Shown here piece by piece: positions 44,001 through 55,756 of a DNA stretch of 64,000 nucleotides. Positions within the stretch are counted from its first letter, which is position 1, and each line of letters starts with the position of its first letter. This DNA is from Epithemia pelagica (lineage: Eukaryota; Protista; Bacillariophyta): the NCBI GenBank assembly GCA_946965045.2, contig OX337238.1:2108001-2172000 (forward strand), in the 5' to 3' direction. The notes beneath the pieces were generated by a model. The model was given only the letters and a program-made list of their open reading frames with translations. It had not been told where the DNA came from and ran no database searches. The position numbers and the translations under genes are program-made.

Positions 44001-45233
44001 GCCGCAAGGTGGCGTGATCACATCGCCGCAACGCTCCGCGACATGGGATTTAAGATGTGTCAAGCTGATCCGGATGTATGGCTTCGAGCGAACACTCGAC
44101 CATCTGATGGGTTCCAGTATTACGAGTATGTTTTGGTCTATATTGATGATCTGCTGATTGTTAGTCATGATCCCAAAACCGTGATGCAGGACCTGCAGAG
44201 GCGCTATACGATCAAGCCCGACAGTATCAAACCACCAGACGAATACTTGGGATCCGAAATACGGCGTTATACCATACCCGACACGCAAGATCCGTCAAAC
44301 CGTGATCGTTGGGCCATGTCCGCTGACATGTATTGTAAGCGTGCTCTTGCCGAAGTCGAAACGGAACTGGAGAAATCCGGAGAAAAGCTGAAGTCAAAAG
44401 TGACGACGCCGATCGCCGATGGATATCGCCCGGAATTGGATGCGACTCCTGAACTCGACGCAAGACGTGCAAACTATTACCAAGGACTGATCGGTATTCT
44501 CCGTTGGATTGTTGAACTCGGTCGTATCGACATTACAACCGCAGTCTCCCATATGTCCCGTTTTATGGCGAATCCACAAGAAGGACATCTCGAGCAAACG
44601 TTGCACATCTTCGCGTATCTGAAGAAGTACGATAAATCCGCCATTGTGTTCGACGACACAACCCCTGACGTCGACGAGTCACGTTTTACCAGACCGGATT
44701 GGTCTGAGTATTATCCTGATGCTGCCGAGCCGATTCCGCCAAACGCACCAGCACCGCGTGGAAACGCTGTCACCACGACTTGCTTTGTCGATGCTGATCA
44801 TGCTGGATGTCGTGTCACACGGCGCTCTCAAACAGGAGTCCTACTGTTCTTGCAACAAGCACCGATCATGTGGTATTCAAAACGACAGAACACTGTTGAG
44901 ACGTCTACATTTGGCAGTGAGTTCGTGGCGATGAAGACTGCCATTGAAATGATTGAAGCATTTCGTTATAAGTTGCGAATGATGGGTATCCCGTTGGATG
45001 GAGAGACGAATGTGTTTTGCGACAATGAATCTGTGTTTAAGAACTCGACGCAGCCGGAATCAGTCCTAAAGAAGAAGCACAACGCAATTGCTTATCATCG
45101 GACTCGTGAAGCGCAAGCCGCTGGACTTGTGCGCATTGCATGGGAAGAAGGTGAAACGAATCTTGCCGATATCCTAACCAAACTGCTACCCGGACCTCGA
45201 TTGCGATTCCTGGCCCAACGTATCATGTGGTAG
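41023..45233 (+). pseudogene. E3 pol with a 1-nt frameshift near 42285
   Basis: ELDSHADT protease; integrase FSDEMF..VSDGA..AAEASIRE; RT KARLVAGGH and YIDDLL; RNase H FVDADHA. SLI(H)NVGIPQTMVSDG is restored only by a frame change. Confidence 0.88.
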
Positions 45234-47239
45234 CACCCCTTTTAGATCCAAAATGGGATCGCCCCTTTTGAAGAATAGTCCGACGTACTGGACCGGCCTC
45301 TGCTGACATGACGAACTAAACGAAGTTGCCCACCCCGATTTTGTTCGCGGGGACTGAATAAATAATCACGGGCGCCCCCTTTGTAACCTACGAAGGGCCT
45401 CGCCATACCTCGCTACGCACCGCCTGGCATCGCCCGGCCCCTAGTTATGTGTTCGCTAGTGGGTACCGTGGTCGCTATTTGGCCCCTACGTGAGCGATTT
45501 GCCCCAAAAGGGCACCCTTAGTTTAGTCATCATAATTTCTGATAGTTTGATTGTTGCAAGCCGTATATTGCGTCTGGCCGTCAGTTTTTATTCAAAAGGA
45601 ACGATGGGAAAGGTGGTAGCGGAAGTCGTGGTAGCGGAAGCGGAAGCGGAAGTGGTGGAAGTAACGGAAGTGGTGGAAGTGGAAGTGGCGGAAGCGGAAG
45701 CGGAAGTGGTGGGAATAATGGTAGCGCTACGGCGCATGGGAATGGAAACAGTACTTCACGCGAAAATCGCGGAAGTGGAGGAACGGGAACGAGTTCTGGA
45801 AACTCAGGTTCAACTGGAACTTCAAGTGGTGCGGGTTCACGAGGACGCACCACTGGGGGCACAGGAACGTCCGCAGGAACGAGTGGACGCGGTAGTCGAA
45901 GTGGGAGTAGCGGAGGTACAGCCGGCGGTGGTGGAGGAGGCGCACCCGGTGGTGGAGGAGATGGTGGTGGAGATCACGGTGGAGTAGGCGGCGCTCCTGG
46001 AGGAGGCGCTCCTGGCGGAGGAGCACCGGGAGGCGGTGGTGGAGGCGCGCCACCGGTACCTCCCGCGCCACTCTCGGCCGTGGGATTGGCGCTTACGATC
46101 TGCGGAGCGAACAATCTAGAGATACAGGCCCTTGAATTTACTGAGCGTCTCAACACTCTGGCCGCTCTGGGCCGGTTGAGTTCTGACGACGTTACCCAGT
46201 TGGTATCACGACTAGAGAAGCGTGCGGCACCTAATAATGTAAGCATCCCCACTGCTGTGGTATTGAACATACAAGGCCTATGCTTCTGGGCAGCTCGTGC
46301 CCGTCGCCAAGGACGTATTGTACTCGCTGGGGAATTCGGACATGCAGAACTTCAAGAAGCTCTCGATGCTATGGAAATCCAAGCCGAGAAGAACACTGCC
46401 CCCGAGATTAAACCCTCCGCGTTGAAGGAAGAGAACTGGGAAGATTGGAGTCAAGAATTCCCGACCTACCTTTCTCATATCTTGGGCAAGCAACAAGCCC
46501 CATTGGATTACGTCATCCGTCCCGATCTAGATCCAACACATGTCTTTGCTAGTCGCCGCGAAGAGGAGCTATATAGCTCATCTAAGGAGGGAAATGGGCC
46601 CCGGCGCTTGATTTCCACCCCCAAAAGCGAATTTCTAGAAAAAATTCGCCGAATTAAAATTTTTTATGCGCAGTTTATTTTTATATGCGCAGTTTTTAAC
46701 TATAATCCTGCTTTCCCAACTAAATCTGCAAATCTAGGTCTAACAATGCACATTTCTCTAGCTAGTTCTAGAGATCGAGCTGACTATCACGCGCATGCCA
46801 CAATTTTAATGCGCACAAGCCCGCGATCAAACCACGAATAACGCGCGCCACACTCCGATAATGCGCACTACAACTATCTGGCGCGCTCGACCCCCCCGAG
46901 ACGCGCATGACGCAACCCTCATGCGCAAGCGTCTGTCCCCTCACCTTTGAATCACGAATTTCCACTCCCACCACATCACACAGCAGCTGCCAGAAAGACT
47001 GACGCACATGGATGTCCCAAAGAATGTCTCAGATGGATCCTCCTTCCCAATCACCCAAACCGCGGGGATTACCAACTCGACACTCTGATCCATCGAACAA
47101 AACCGAACAACTTAGCATACTAGTCATTCAACAATCAACGACCACCAGAATCGATGCTCATTCATCTCCCTCCACCTCCACCCAACACACCACAACAAAC
47201 AACAACAACAGCAGCAGCAACAACAACAATCGATCACCC

Positions 47240-48210
47240 AACGCTATCGAGATTCCCCTGTTCAATCCCATTATCTATCCAGCTTCTTTCATCAACCTAA
47301 CAGCTCTGCCATTCCAATCACGCTACAATTAAAGCGGCTTGGGGCATCTGTCTGATTGTTTCTTGGTTCCTTTTCAGCCACCTTTTTGTTGCTTGCTTTC
47401 TCTCTGCCGAGATTCCCTTTTCAATCCTTTCACCTATCCAACTTCTTTCATCAACCTAACAGCTCTGCCATTCCAATCACGCTACAATTAAAGCGGCTTG
47501 GGGCATCTGTCTGATTGTTGCTTGGTTCCTTTTCAGCCACCTTTTTGTTGCTTGCTTCCTCTTCAGCCACCTTCACTCCAAAACCGCTGCACCAGAAGAA
47601 GAGGAAGAGGAACTCAAGCACGGCCAGAGCATTCGAGACATTGACACTTGCACTATCTTGCAGCTCTGCCATTCCAATCACGCTACAATTAAAGCGGCTT
47701 GGGGCATCTGTCTGATTGTTGCTTGCTTCCTTTCAACCACGACCTTCACTCCAAAACCGCTACAACACTTCACTCCAAAACCGCTGCACCAGAAGAAGAG
47801 GAAGAGGAACTCAAGCACGGCCAGAGCATTCGAGACATTGACACTTGCACTATCTTGCAGCTCTGCCATTCCAATCACGCTACAACTAAAGCGGCTTGGG
47901 GCATCTGTCTGATTGTTGCTTGCTTCCTTTCAACCACGACCTTCACTCCAAAACCGCTACAACAGGAAAACAAGAAGAAGAGGAACCCAAGAAGAAGAAC
48001 GACCACCAGAGCATTCGAAATATTGTCGACATTTGTCCTATCTTTGACACTTGCACTATCTTGCAGCTCTGCCATTCCAATCACCACGCTACAATTAAAG
48101 CGGCTTGGGGCATCTGTCTGATTGTTGCTTGTTTCACTCAGCTCTGTCCTTCACTCCAATCACGCTATTACAATTGAAGCGGTTTTGGGCTATCTGTTAG
48201 ATTGTTTATC
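47240..48210. repeat. Complex tandem array with a ~60-bp core (cagctctgccattccaatcacgctacaattaaagcggcttggggcatctgtctgattgtt)
   Basis: Core copies at 47301, 47460, 47661, 47858 and 48064, plus a degenerate copy at 48139; periods 159-206 bp; the spacers are mosaics of one another. Confidence 0.9.
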
Positions 48211-48632
48211 AAGAACCCTCCTGTCCTCGTGATACTCGGACTTGAATAGAACAGACCCAAAGCAAGCAGTGTGACACGGTGGTAGCCAGTTGCTTCTGTT
48301 CTATTCTTGTCGCGAGATTGCTTGGACAACCAACCAACCCCTGGTTTTGGAGTAGCAAATTCTGGCACCGATTGTTGGATCACAACGAACAAGACGCTAC
48401 ACATAAAGCGCGTCGTAGTGTATTCCTTCGATTTGGTTGTTGTTTTGTTACCACCAGAGTTCAGGACCAAACCAAAGACGCTACACAATTCAGCGCACAC
48501 TTTTTACTGTTTAGACAAGTACACAAGGTTGTCTCAAAGACGCTACAATTAAAGCGCTTCCTCGACTACCCTTGTTGTTGTTGTTGTTGAAACAAAGACG
48601 CTACACAAAAAGTGCATCGTGACAAGTACAAA

Positions 48633-51600
48633 ATGGCGGGCAACCGCATCAAGGGCCCTCGCTACAAAAAACCACCGACCGCCAAGAATCCTGGTGACCC
48701 TTCTTCAATGAATGATGAAGTGCGAAACAAAAGAAAGGACGTGTCGACTATGACTGTTTCTGGTACCAATCATACACTTCGAACACACACAAGCGAGGAA
48801 TCTCACTACACCGGTATTATGCCCATTACATACGAAAGTGTCCTCAATTGGTATGAAAGTGTATTCCAAGACAAATCAGGAAAATGGACAACAGTGGAGG
48901 TACCACATGACGGCCATTATCTGAAGATATTCCTACCAATCTGTTATTCGCCTGCATTCCAAGATATCATCTGTCACTCCGTTTTCTGTTTCACAAGAAT
49001 TAAGAACGAGATGGATGATGATGACAAGTTGACTCCAATGGTTGCTCGACTGTTGTTCAAAAAGACTCTCTACAGTCCTGTTTCCAATATTTGGAATCAG
49101 GCATTTGGGACGACAGTGATAGACGGTGCTGAGAATCTGAGACAAACCATTATCAGATTTCTTTCCTCTCATGGCTTAGTCTCTAAGAAGACACGCAAGG
49201 GGATCGGTGGGATTGGAGAAGCATTGAAACGATACCTTCTAGATGATTCCTCCCTTTACAGGAAACCGCGTCTCGTACCTGTTGGTAAAATCGCATGGGT
49301 TATCGAACATATGGTGGCCATACACCGTTTCATCTCAGAATCGACATCGGACGAGAACATGGACGTGATTTCCAATATCCAAATGGAGAAAGCACTGTTG
49401 TATACGATGCCTGACACATGGTTCAAGATGTACCTTGAAGAAAGAGATTCTTTGGTACAATATGGAAGAAACGGAGACGATGGCGGTATGTTCTACGATC
49501 TACTGCATTATATAGAAAAACAAGAGGTACTGTCTGCCAGGAAATCGAAAGAAATTGCCGTGCAACGTCGGAGTATAGACTCGCCGGCAAAAAAGAGACA
49601 GAAGGTCGTCGCTGGTAATGATCCTACTGACGAGAAAAAGGATCAAGTACTACCAACTTCCATTACAACGTCGAACCAAGTTGCCCTCAAATCAGACCGT
49701 GTGGAAGAGGTCAGGAAGATTATAAGCGACGACAATGAAAAAACCGCAGACAACAAGGTAAGATGTTCGAGCGACTTGCCAAGAATCGAGAAGGATTAGA
49801 CAATCTCAAAAATGATTGATCTCTTTGTCTTAGAGACGTTGTGCTTCCATAAACAAGGGAATTGAGGAGACAGGTGATGGTGTGGTACCACAGCCTTTCA
49901 TTGAAATTCCACACGTTCTTGATCCTATAGTAAACCAGAAGAGAAGAAAAGACTCATGGGACTCGAATGAATCAATCGACAACATTGGTGACGGTTACTT
50001 GGACAAGTTCGCGGAAAAACAAACTAACAGAAACAACGAGAACATCAAGTCGGCCATGAAGCTAGCAACCCAGTATGCTAAGAGTATGGGGAAGGACAAC
50101 ACGCATGTCGAAATCAAGACATTATTTAGGTGCACACTATGCATGTCTTACAGTGGGTTGATGAATGACCAGGACCCTACAACGCGTGTTTTGCATATCC
50201 CACATAGACATCGTCGGAGAGATCTTTGCTACAACACTTCAAGGACGGGCATGCCGATTGAGTCTTTCTATACTTGTTTGAAATTGATGGTCCATCACAA
50301 CCATCAGAACCTAGTATATGTTGACAAAGTAACATTTGATGAAGCAAACAGGAACCCATTTCCTAAGAAAATTCCTATGTCATCATGGAGACAACAGGAT
50401 CCGAACACACTGATATTGGCGATCATTGCCTTGACAACAGCAACTGATGTCAGCGACCCAGCTTTATTGGCTTTCGAAATCGACAAAAAGATACTTCATA
50501 TCTACGAACCAATACATAATCGATCAGACCAATACTGGGAAGGAACGACGCGTCATGTACTACGGAAATGGGACCTGGTCAATACGTCAAAAGGTGCCCC
50601 GCCTGTCAGTCTATGTTATGACCCATCATTAGTGGAAGAAGATGAAACAACACATGATACAAACAAGGAATGTAACAAGTGGCGATATCGCATTGTGAAA
50701 ATGCCAGAACCTAAGAAGGATACTCCAAAGCCAATGCCACAAGCTATTGTGATCAGAATGCTTGGAAACATAATGAGTAGTCGACCAAACCCGGGTCGGA
50801 AAGAAGGTCAGATAGACAAGAGTATGACGATATCCAATTGTTTTTCGAGTAATCAAATACGGTACAATAATGAATTTTCGAGAGGACTAGAGCATGCTGT
50901 TGAAGGCAATTCGATTTCTCCTTTGGTGTTGGGACCTGACAATTTCGATGGCAACAGCGACGACAATCCTGTTGAAGTGGGGTTTTCACGTGGTACCGAT
51001 AAATACGAATACCAGGAGAACGTCGATCTATCTGATGGTGGGTGTTCAGAGACGTGGACTACGGATGGTGACATATTGTTCATACCGTGCCCGAGGGTGG
51101 GATTAGAACCCAAGGAGGTGTTACTTGACTCCAAACTTTCCAAGAGAGATATAAATCGATTGCTACCGACCGTTGTATATTGTCCAGATTCTTGTGTATG
51201 CTGTAACAGGGCATTGAAAACAGATACAGACAGCGAAGTCTGTACCCTCATCCCATGTGGACATCTGGTTCACGGAAATTGCTTACGAATACGGTTCAAG
51301 TATCATAATGTATGGTGTCCCCAGTGTGGACAAAAGATCAAGAGTAACATCCACATGTTTGGTGCGGAGAAGATAGAGGGACACAAGAAAACAGCGGAAG
51401 ACACTACAACTACGAGCGAGGGATTCCCTGAAGAGGGACATAGGAAAACAGTCAAAGACACTACAACTACGATTGAGGGACGCCCTGAAGAATCATAAAA
51501 AAAATCACCCGTGAGTAACAAGCCATCAACACTAGAACAAAGAGGAGTTGAGACAAAATACAAGCCCGAGGTTTGTTCGATTTGTATGACCAGAAAAGTG

Positions 51601-54600
51601 GATTGCGAACTGTTTCTTTGTAGACATACATTTTGTCGGGAATGTGTTGGAGATTGGATGCAGCGGGGCCACAACACATGTATGGTGTGCAGCCAGGATA
51701 TTCAAAGTCTATTGTACTTCTGTCCTATGACACGTTCTGTTCAAAGAACATATACTCATCCTTCTGAACACAAAGCAATCTATCAGTCACCAGAGGGTGA
51801 GAAGCCTAAATACCAGCAATGGGGAGGAAATAACTCATCACGTTCCGTTGCAATGCCTGCGAATTGGGGTAACCGGAGTGAGCTGCCTGAAGAAAGACAT
51901 AGAACAGAGCAAACCCAACATGATAACGAAAGAACCAAGGACAAGAGAGAGAATCCACATGGGCTGTGGGGAGGACGGAATCTGAACAACGTCCTGTCGA
52001 CAACTCGAAGCCCCAGAACAAATGAGTGGGGTTCGCTACCTGAACATGACAGGCCAGTGTATTGTAAGCATGGACAGAATCGATTCAATGATGATCATCC
52101 AGGATCGAGAGGATCTAATACATCGGATTATCATGGGTCTCGTCATTCACATTTCGATCAAGATAACCAACAAACTAGAAGAGGAGTCATTGAACGACAA
52201 GACCAACATGGATACCATGATAACCACCAAGACGAGTCTAGAGGGAGAAGAGATCAAATCATGGAAAACACTTACCGGGATAGAAAAAGAAGACATGATA
52301 ATCAAAATCAATTGTCTAATCGACATTCGATGGATTGGAGGAGATTCTCTGGATACAACGAACATTCGAGAGAACATACAAGGCACCATTCGGTATATAG
52401 AGATAGCCACAATCAATGGTCTAATCGACATCCGATGGATCCGATGGATTGGGAGAGATTCCCTGGATACAACGAACATTCCAGGCACCATTTGTCACTT
52501 AGAGACAGTCATCCTGGACACAACGATCATTCTAGGCGTACCCGTCAGAGAGAGCCTAACCGTCCCTCAACTGATAGAGGTAATAGTCAACCAAATCAAT
52601 CACCTCGTAGAGAGAGAGAAAAGGACATTCATCACACTACAGCGAGTCGTGGAGGGCAGGATGGCCTATCCAAACTTGGTTGGAATTCCAAGGACAATCA
52701 GGAGAGGGATGATCGGAACAGACAGAGCGGTCAGAAAGCAACCTCCAGTCACCAAGATGAATGTGGACAAGGAGAAGAGATACAAAGCAGAGATGGCAAC
52801 GGTTCTACAGACAAACAAAAGGGCAAGGAATGTGGCAAGCAAGAGATTGTTGCTTACGAACAACACGGAAATTCTGGAGAGAACGGGTCTAAGAATGCCA
52901 ACAACACACCTGACAGTGATAATCTGTCTAGCTGTCACAATGACAGTGTCAACCAAGATGATGCGACACAAACCAAAGAAGGAAAGGATAGTACAGACAA
53001 ACAAAAAGGTAGCAACAAGAACAACGATGACCAAATGACAAAAAACGACCATAACAAGGGAAGTAGCATCAACACGACAACACAAACGGATCAGCGCATA
53101 CAAGACGAACGAGGTACGAAGGAGATTCACAAGTCTCCAATACACGGTAATCATGACGATACTGACGAACAGAATACTTCACCGGAAAGGAAAAGAAAAG
53201 AATGTAAGACCATTGGTTCATCCAGGGGACTACCCACGAACAAGCAACGACGACAAGAGGGCCTATCGAAGTTGACACTAACACATGAAACGATGAAGAA
53301 GTATAAGAGACGACAGGCTGAGAAACCTAGCCATTTGACGACAAAATTCTCCAAACCAAATGAATCCGATCATACAGAAATGTGTTTTTTTGGAATTCCT
53401 GACATGGACAAGGTAGCAAAAAGACTACGCGACTTACTATCACTCTGTCTCAGTAGCAATGATGATCGGAGAATGTTCGGCATCTGCTATACAAAGGTTC
53501 TGAAAGACTACGACATCACACCAACAGACCTCCAGACAATCATGGGAAAATTACCTAACATATACGAACAAATGAAAGACATGGTTGGTGAGGTGACGGA
53601 AGATCCAGCAAGCCATTGTTGTTTCGAAGACAACAAGCTTCATGTGACAGAATGTGACCCGAAGTTCTTAACAACCCGGTCTCCATGTGCCTTCTTGGTA
53701 GAATGTGTACTGAATCGCTGTCAACGACATAAGGGACATCGGAAATACCCCAAAACCGTGTGGTCTGCGTTTGACGATACAATCTTCCATTGTCGCACAT
53801 CCAAGAAAAACTGTGATGATTGTATGGACCATATTTTCCATGACGTGATCGTTATCATCCCTTTGGCCGGTATTTTTTATACTTCGGCAATGATAATGAA
53901 TACTGGGTATGCAACATCGGAATGCACTTCATCTTTGGTAGCACTACCTATATCCTGGCTGCGCTTACGACATTCCGACGGCCAACCAAGTGGTGGGGCA
54001 TTCCTCAAAAAGGTTGTCAAGTGTTGGTGTATTGATTGGACACAAAGTGCAAAGAGAGTTGTCCATGAATGCTACCAAGCGTCTGATGTTGAAAGTGGTT
54101 CTCCACTTTGGGCCCCTGATCATTACACAAGTGAAAAGTCCAGACCAAAAATGACACCAAATGACCAACATTCTCTTAGAGTGTGGTATCGTGAAACACT
54201 GCTGAATAAAGCCAGTGCTAACAAGACTGGATGCCGAAAGTACGTCCATGGAGCATTGTATAGAAACCTGTCCCCTCCGCCTGATACTTCGGTCCGTCCG
54301 CTCCTGTTTGATGTAAGGGATACCGGAGAAGATACAACATTCATTGTTCGGACACGTGGGTACGCGGGTAAAAACGAAACCATCAGCCATGTCAAAGTGA
54401 CAACACTTCAGCAAAATGACAAAAACCTACTTTCATTGTTACACAAGAGGTCATGTCACTTCGCGCAGAGCGGTACACTAGAGAGATCAGCCAATGCAAG
54501 GTGTAACCATGGTGATATGGGGACCATGACATCTGTTGGTGTGTGCACAAAAACGGGTGGCAGAAGTACATTCTTTTCTGACAAACTTTTCAAAATATCT

Positions 54601-55164
54601 CCAAACATGATGAATATATTGCCAAAAATCTGTGGAGGTGTTCGGCGATTCTGTGAGAGGAAATTCCCTGGTGTGTTATCGGCTTTCAGACACCTGGAAA
54701 CAAACTTCGGTTTGGATGTCCCAAACGAATTGGGAGGAAACGAAAGGGGTGTGTCATCATCCATCATTTTGAGTTGCGATTTGATGAATGCAAGCCACTA
54801 TGATATTCATGATGCATCAGTGTCCTTTACAATCTGGACAGAAACCAACCCGGGCAGCACCAACAATTGGTATTTCGTCCATCCCAATGTCCTTATAAAG
54901 CATAAGGACAAGACTTATCATGGGCTTTGTATCCGGTTATTCCATGGCATTGCGATCGCATGGGACGGGAGAATCATCAGACATGGAACATCTGTCCATA
55001 CACACTCCATACCACCGAAAGACAAGAATGTGGGAAATCATACGATTGGTTGGTTTTTTAGCACAAATGCAAGATCTTTGAGTGCTACCGTAACACAAAA
55101 CGAGGATGACAATTCTCATGAAATTGGAGGCTTGGCGTCGGACCAGAAATCTAGTGACGAATAG
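48633..55164 (+). CDS. Large cargo gene: two RING fingers, long disordered region, C-terminal TET/JBP-like 2OG-Fe(II) dioxygenase; join(48633..49757,49894..55164) with one in-frame TAA at 51496
   Basis: Predicted phase-0 intron gtaaga(49758)..cacag(49893). RINGs CVCC..CGHLVHGNC..CPQC and CSIC..CRHTFCREC..CMVC. Dioxygenase SHYDIHD (54796) ... WYFVHP ... GIAIAWDGRIIRHGTS (54982). ORFs 49882 and 51511 are in the same frame. Confidence 0.6.
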
Positions 55165-55231
55165 AGATTTCTAATATACAAGACCATGCCCACCTATCAG
55201 CAAAACCACTACCTACCATCAATCAATGCCT

Positions 55232-55483
55232 ATGATACCCCAAGGGTCTCTAGAAAATTTGGAGCCATTCGATTTCTAGAAGAATGTCTTTGCTCCATGT
55301 CCATAGAATTTTGGGACGACGGCAACACCACACCGGTAGGGTCTATTGCAAGTCTTTTGGTTGATGATAGACAAATTCAGAGCCTTTACCGTCCATGCAA
55401 ATGATACCCAAATGGTCTATACGAAAATTTGGAGCCATTCGAGTTCTAGAAGCATGTCATTGTTCCATGTCCATGGAATTTTG
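55232..55483. repeat. Imperfect ~82-bp direct repeat pair
   Basis: atgatacc..gaaaatttggagccattcga.ttctagaag.atgtc.ttg.tccatgtccat.gaattttg at 55232..55313 and 55401..55483. Confidence 0.75.
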
Positions 55484-55756
55484 CAAAGCCACACCGATAG
55501 GTCAGCCCAGCGAGTGAAACGCGACCATGTTGGGAATGATTACACTTATACTCACAGTATGTGGTAATACTCACAGTGAATAGTATAGTGTGACGATTTC
55601 TGTACACAAACGCGACCGATCGGTTATCCGTGGATCTATTTCCAGTTGAACTCTCGTTCATATGACAGCAGAGGTTTCATAAAAATCCAAAGAAGAAGCA
55701 ACAAGTACAGGTATTTGTATTCACAGCAAAACGAAGAGAAGGAGACTGCAAACAGA

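Larger units (their letters stand above)
38207..45594 (+). mobile_element. Ty1/copia (CoDi-like) LTR retrotransposon E3 nested in E4
   Basis: 240-bp LTRs at 38207..38446 and 45355..45594 (TGAATAAA..TTTATTCA, 1 mismatch seen). PBS GTTTATCAGACCCA at 38447, PPT GCGGGGAC, 4-bp TSD AAAG. Confidence 0.96.
38103..46575 (+). mobile_element. Host copia-like element E4 (PBS + gag), interrupted by E3 and truncated by the Plavaka-like element
   Basis: ..AGACA followed by PBS GTTTATCAGACCCA (38103..38116). Removing E3 and one AAAG restores an ORF from ATG 38130 through a Gly/Ser tract into gag-like ENWEDWSQEFPTYLSHILGKQQAPLDYVIRP. The LTR start could not be determined. Confidence 0.75.

Noticed and set aside
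38202-45599. 5-bp TSD for E3 (GAAAG/AAAGG)
   Set aside because: The 5-mers do not match, and only a 4-nt removal restores the host frame.
45490-45987. Val/Glu/Ala-rich 165-aa ORF
   Set aside because: Alternative-frame reading of the Gly/Ser tract, starting inside an LTR.
47301-48210. CRISPR-like repeat-spacer appearance
   Set aside because: The core is too long (~60 bp), spacers are 100-150 bp and homologous to one another, there are no cas genes, and the context is eukaryotic.
52022-53038. 338-aa Ile/Thr-rich overlapping ORF
   Set aside because: Alternative frame of a repetitive R/D/H-rich region; lack of stops is expected from the composition.
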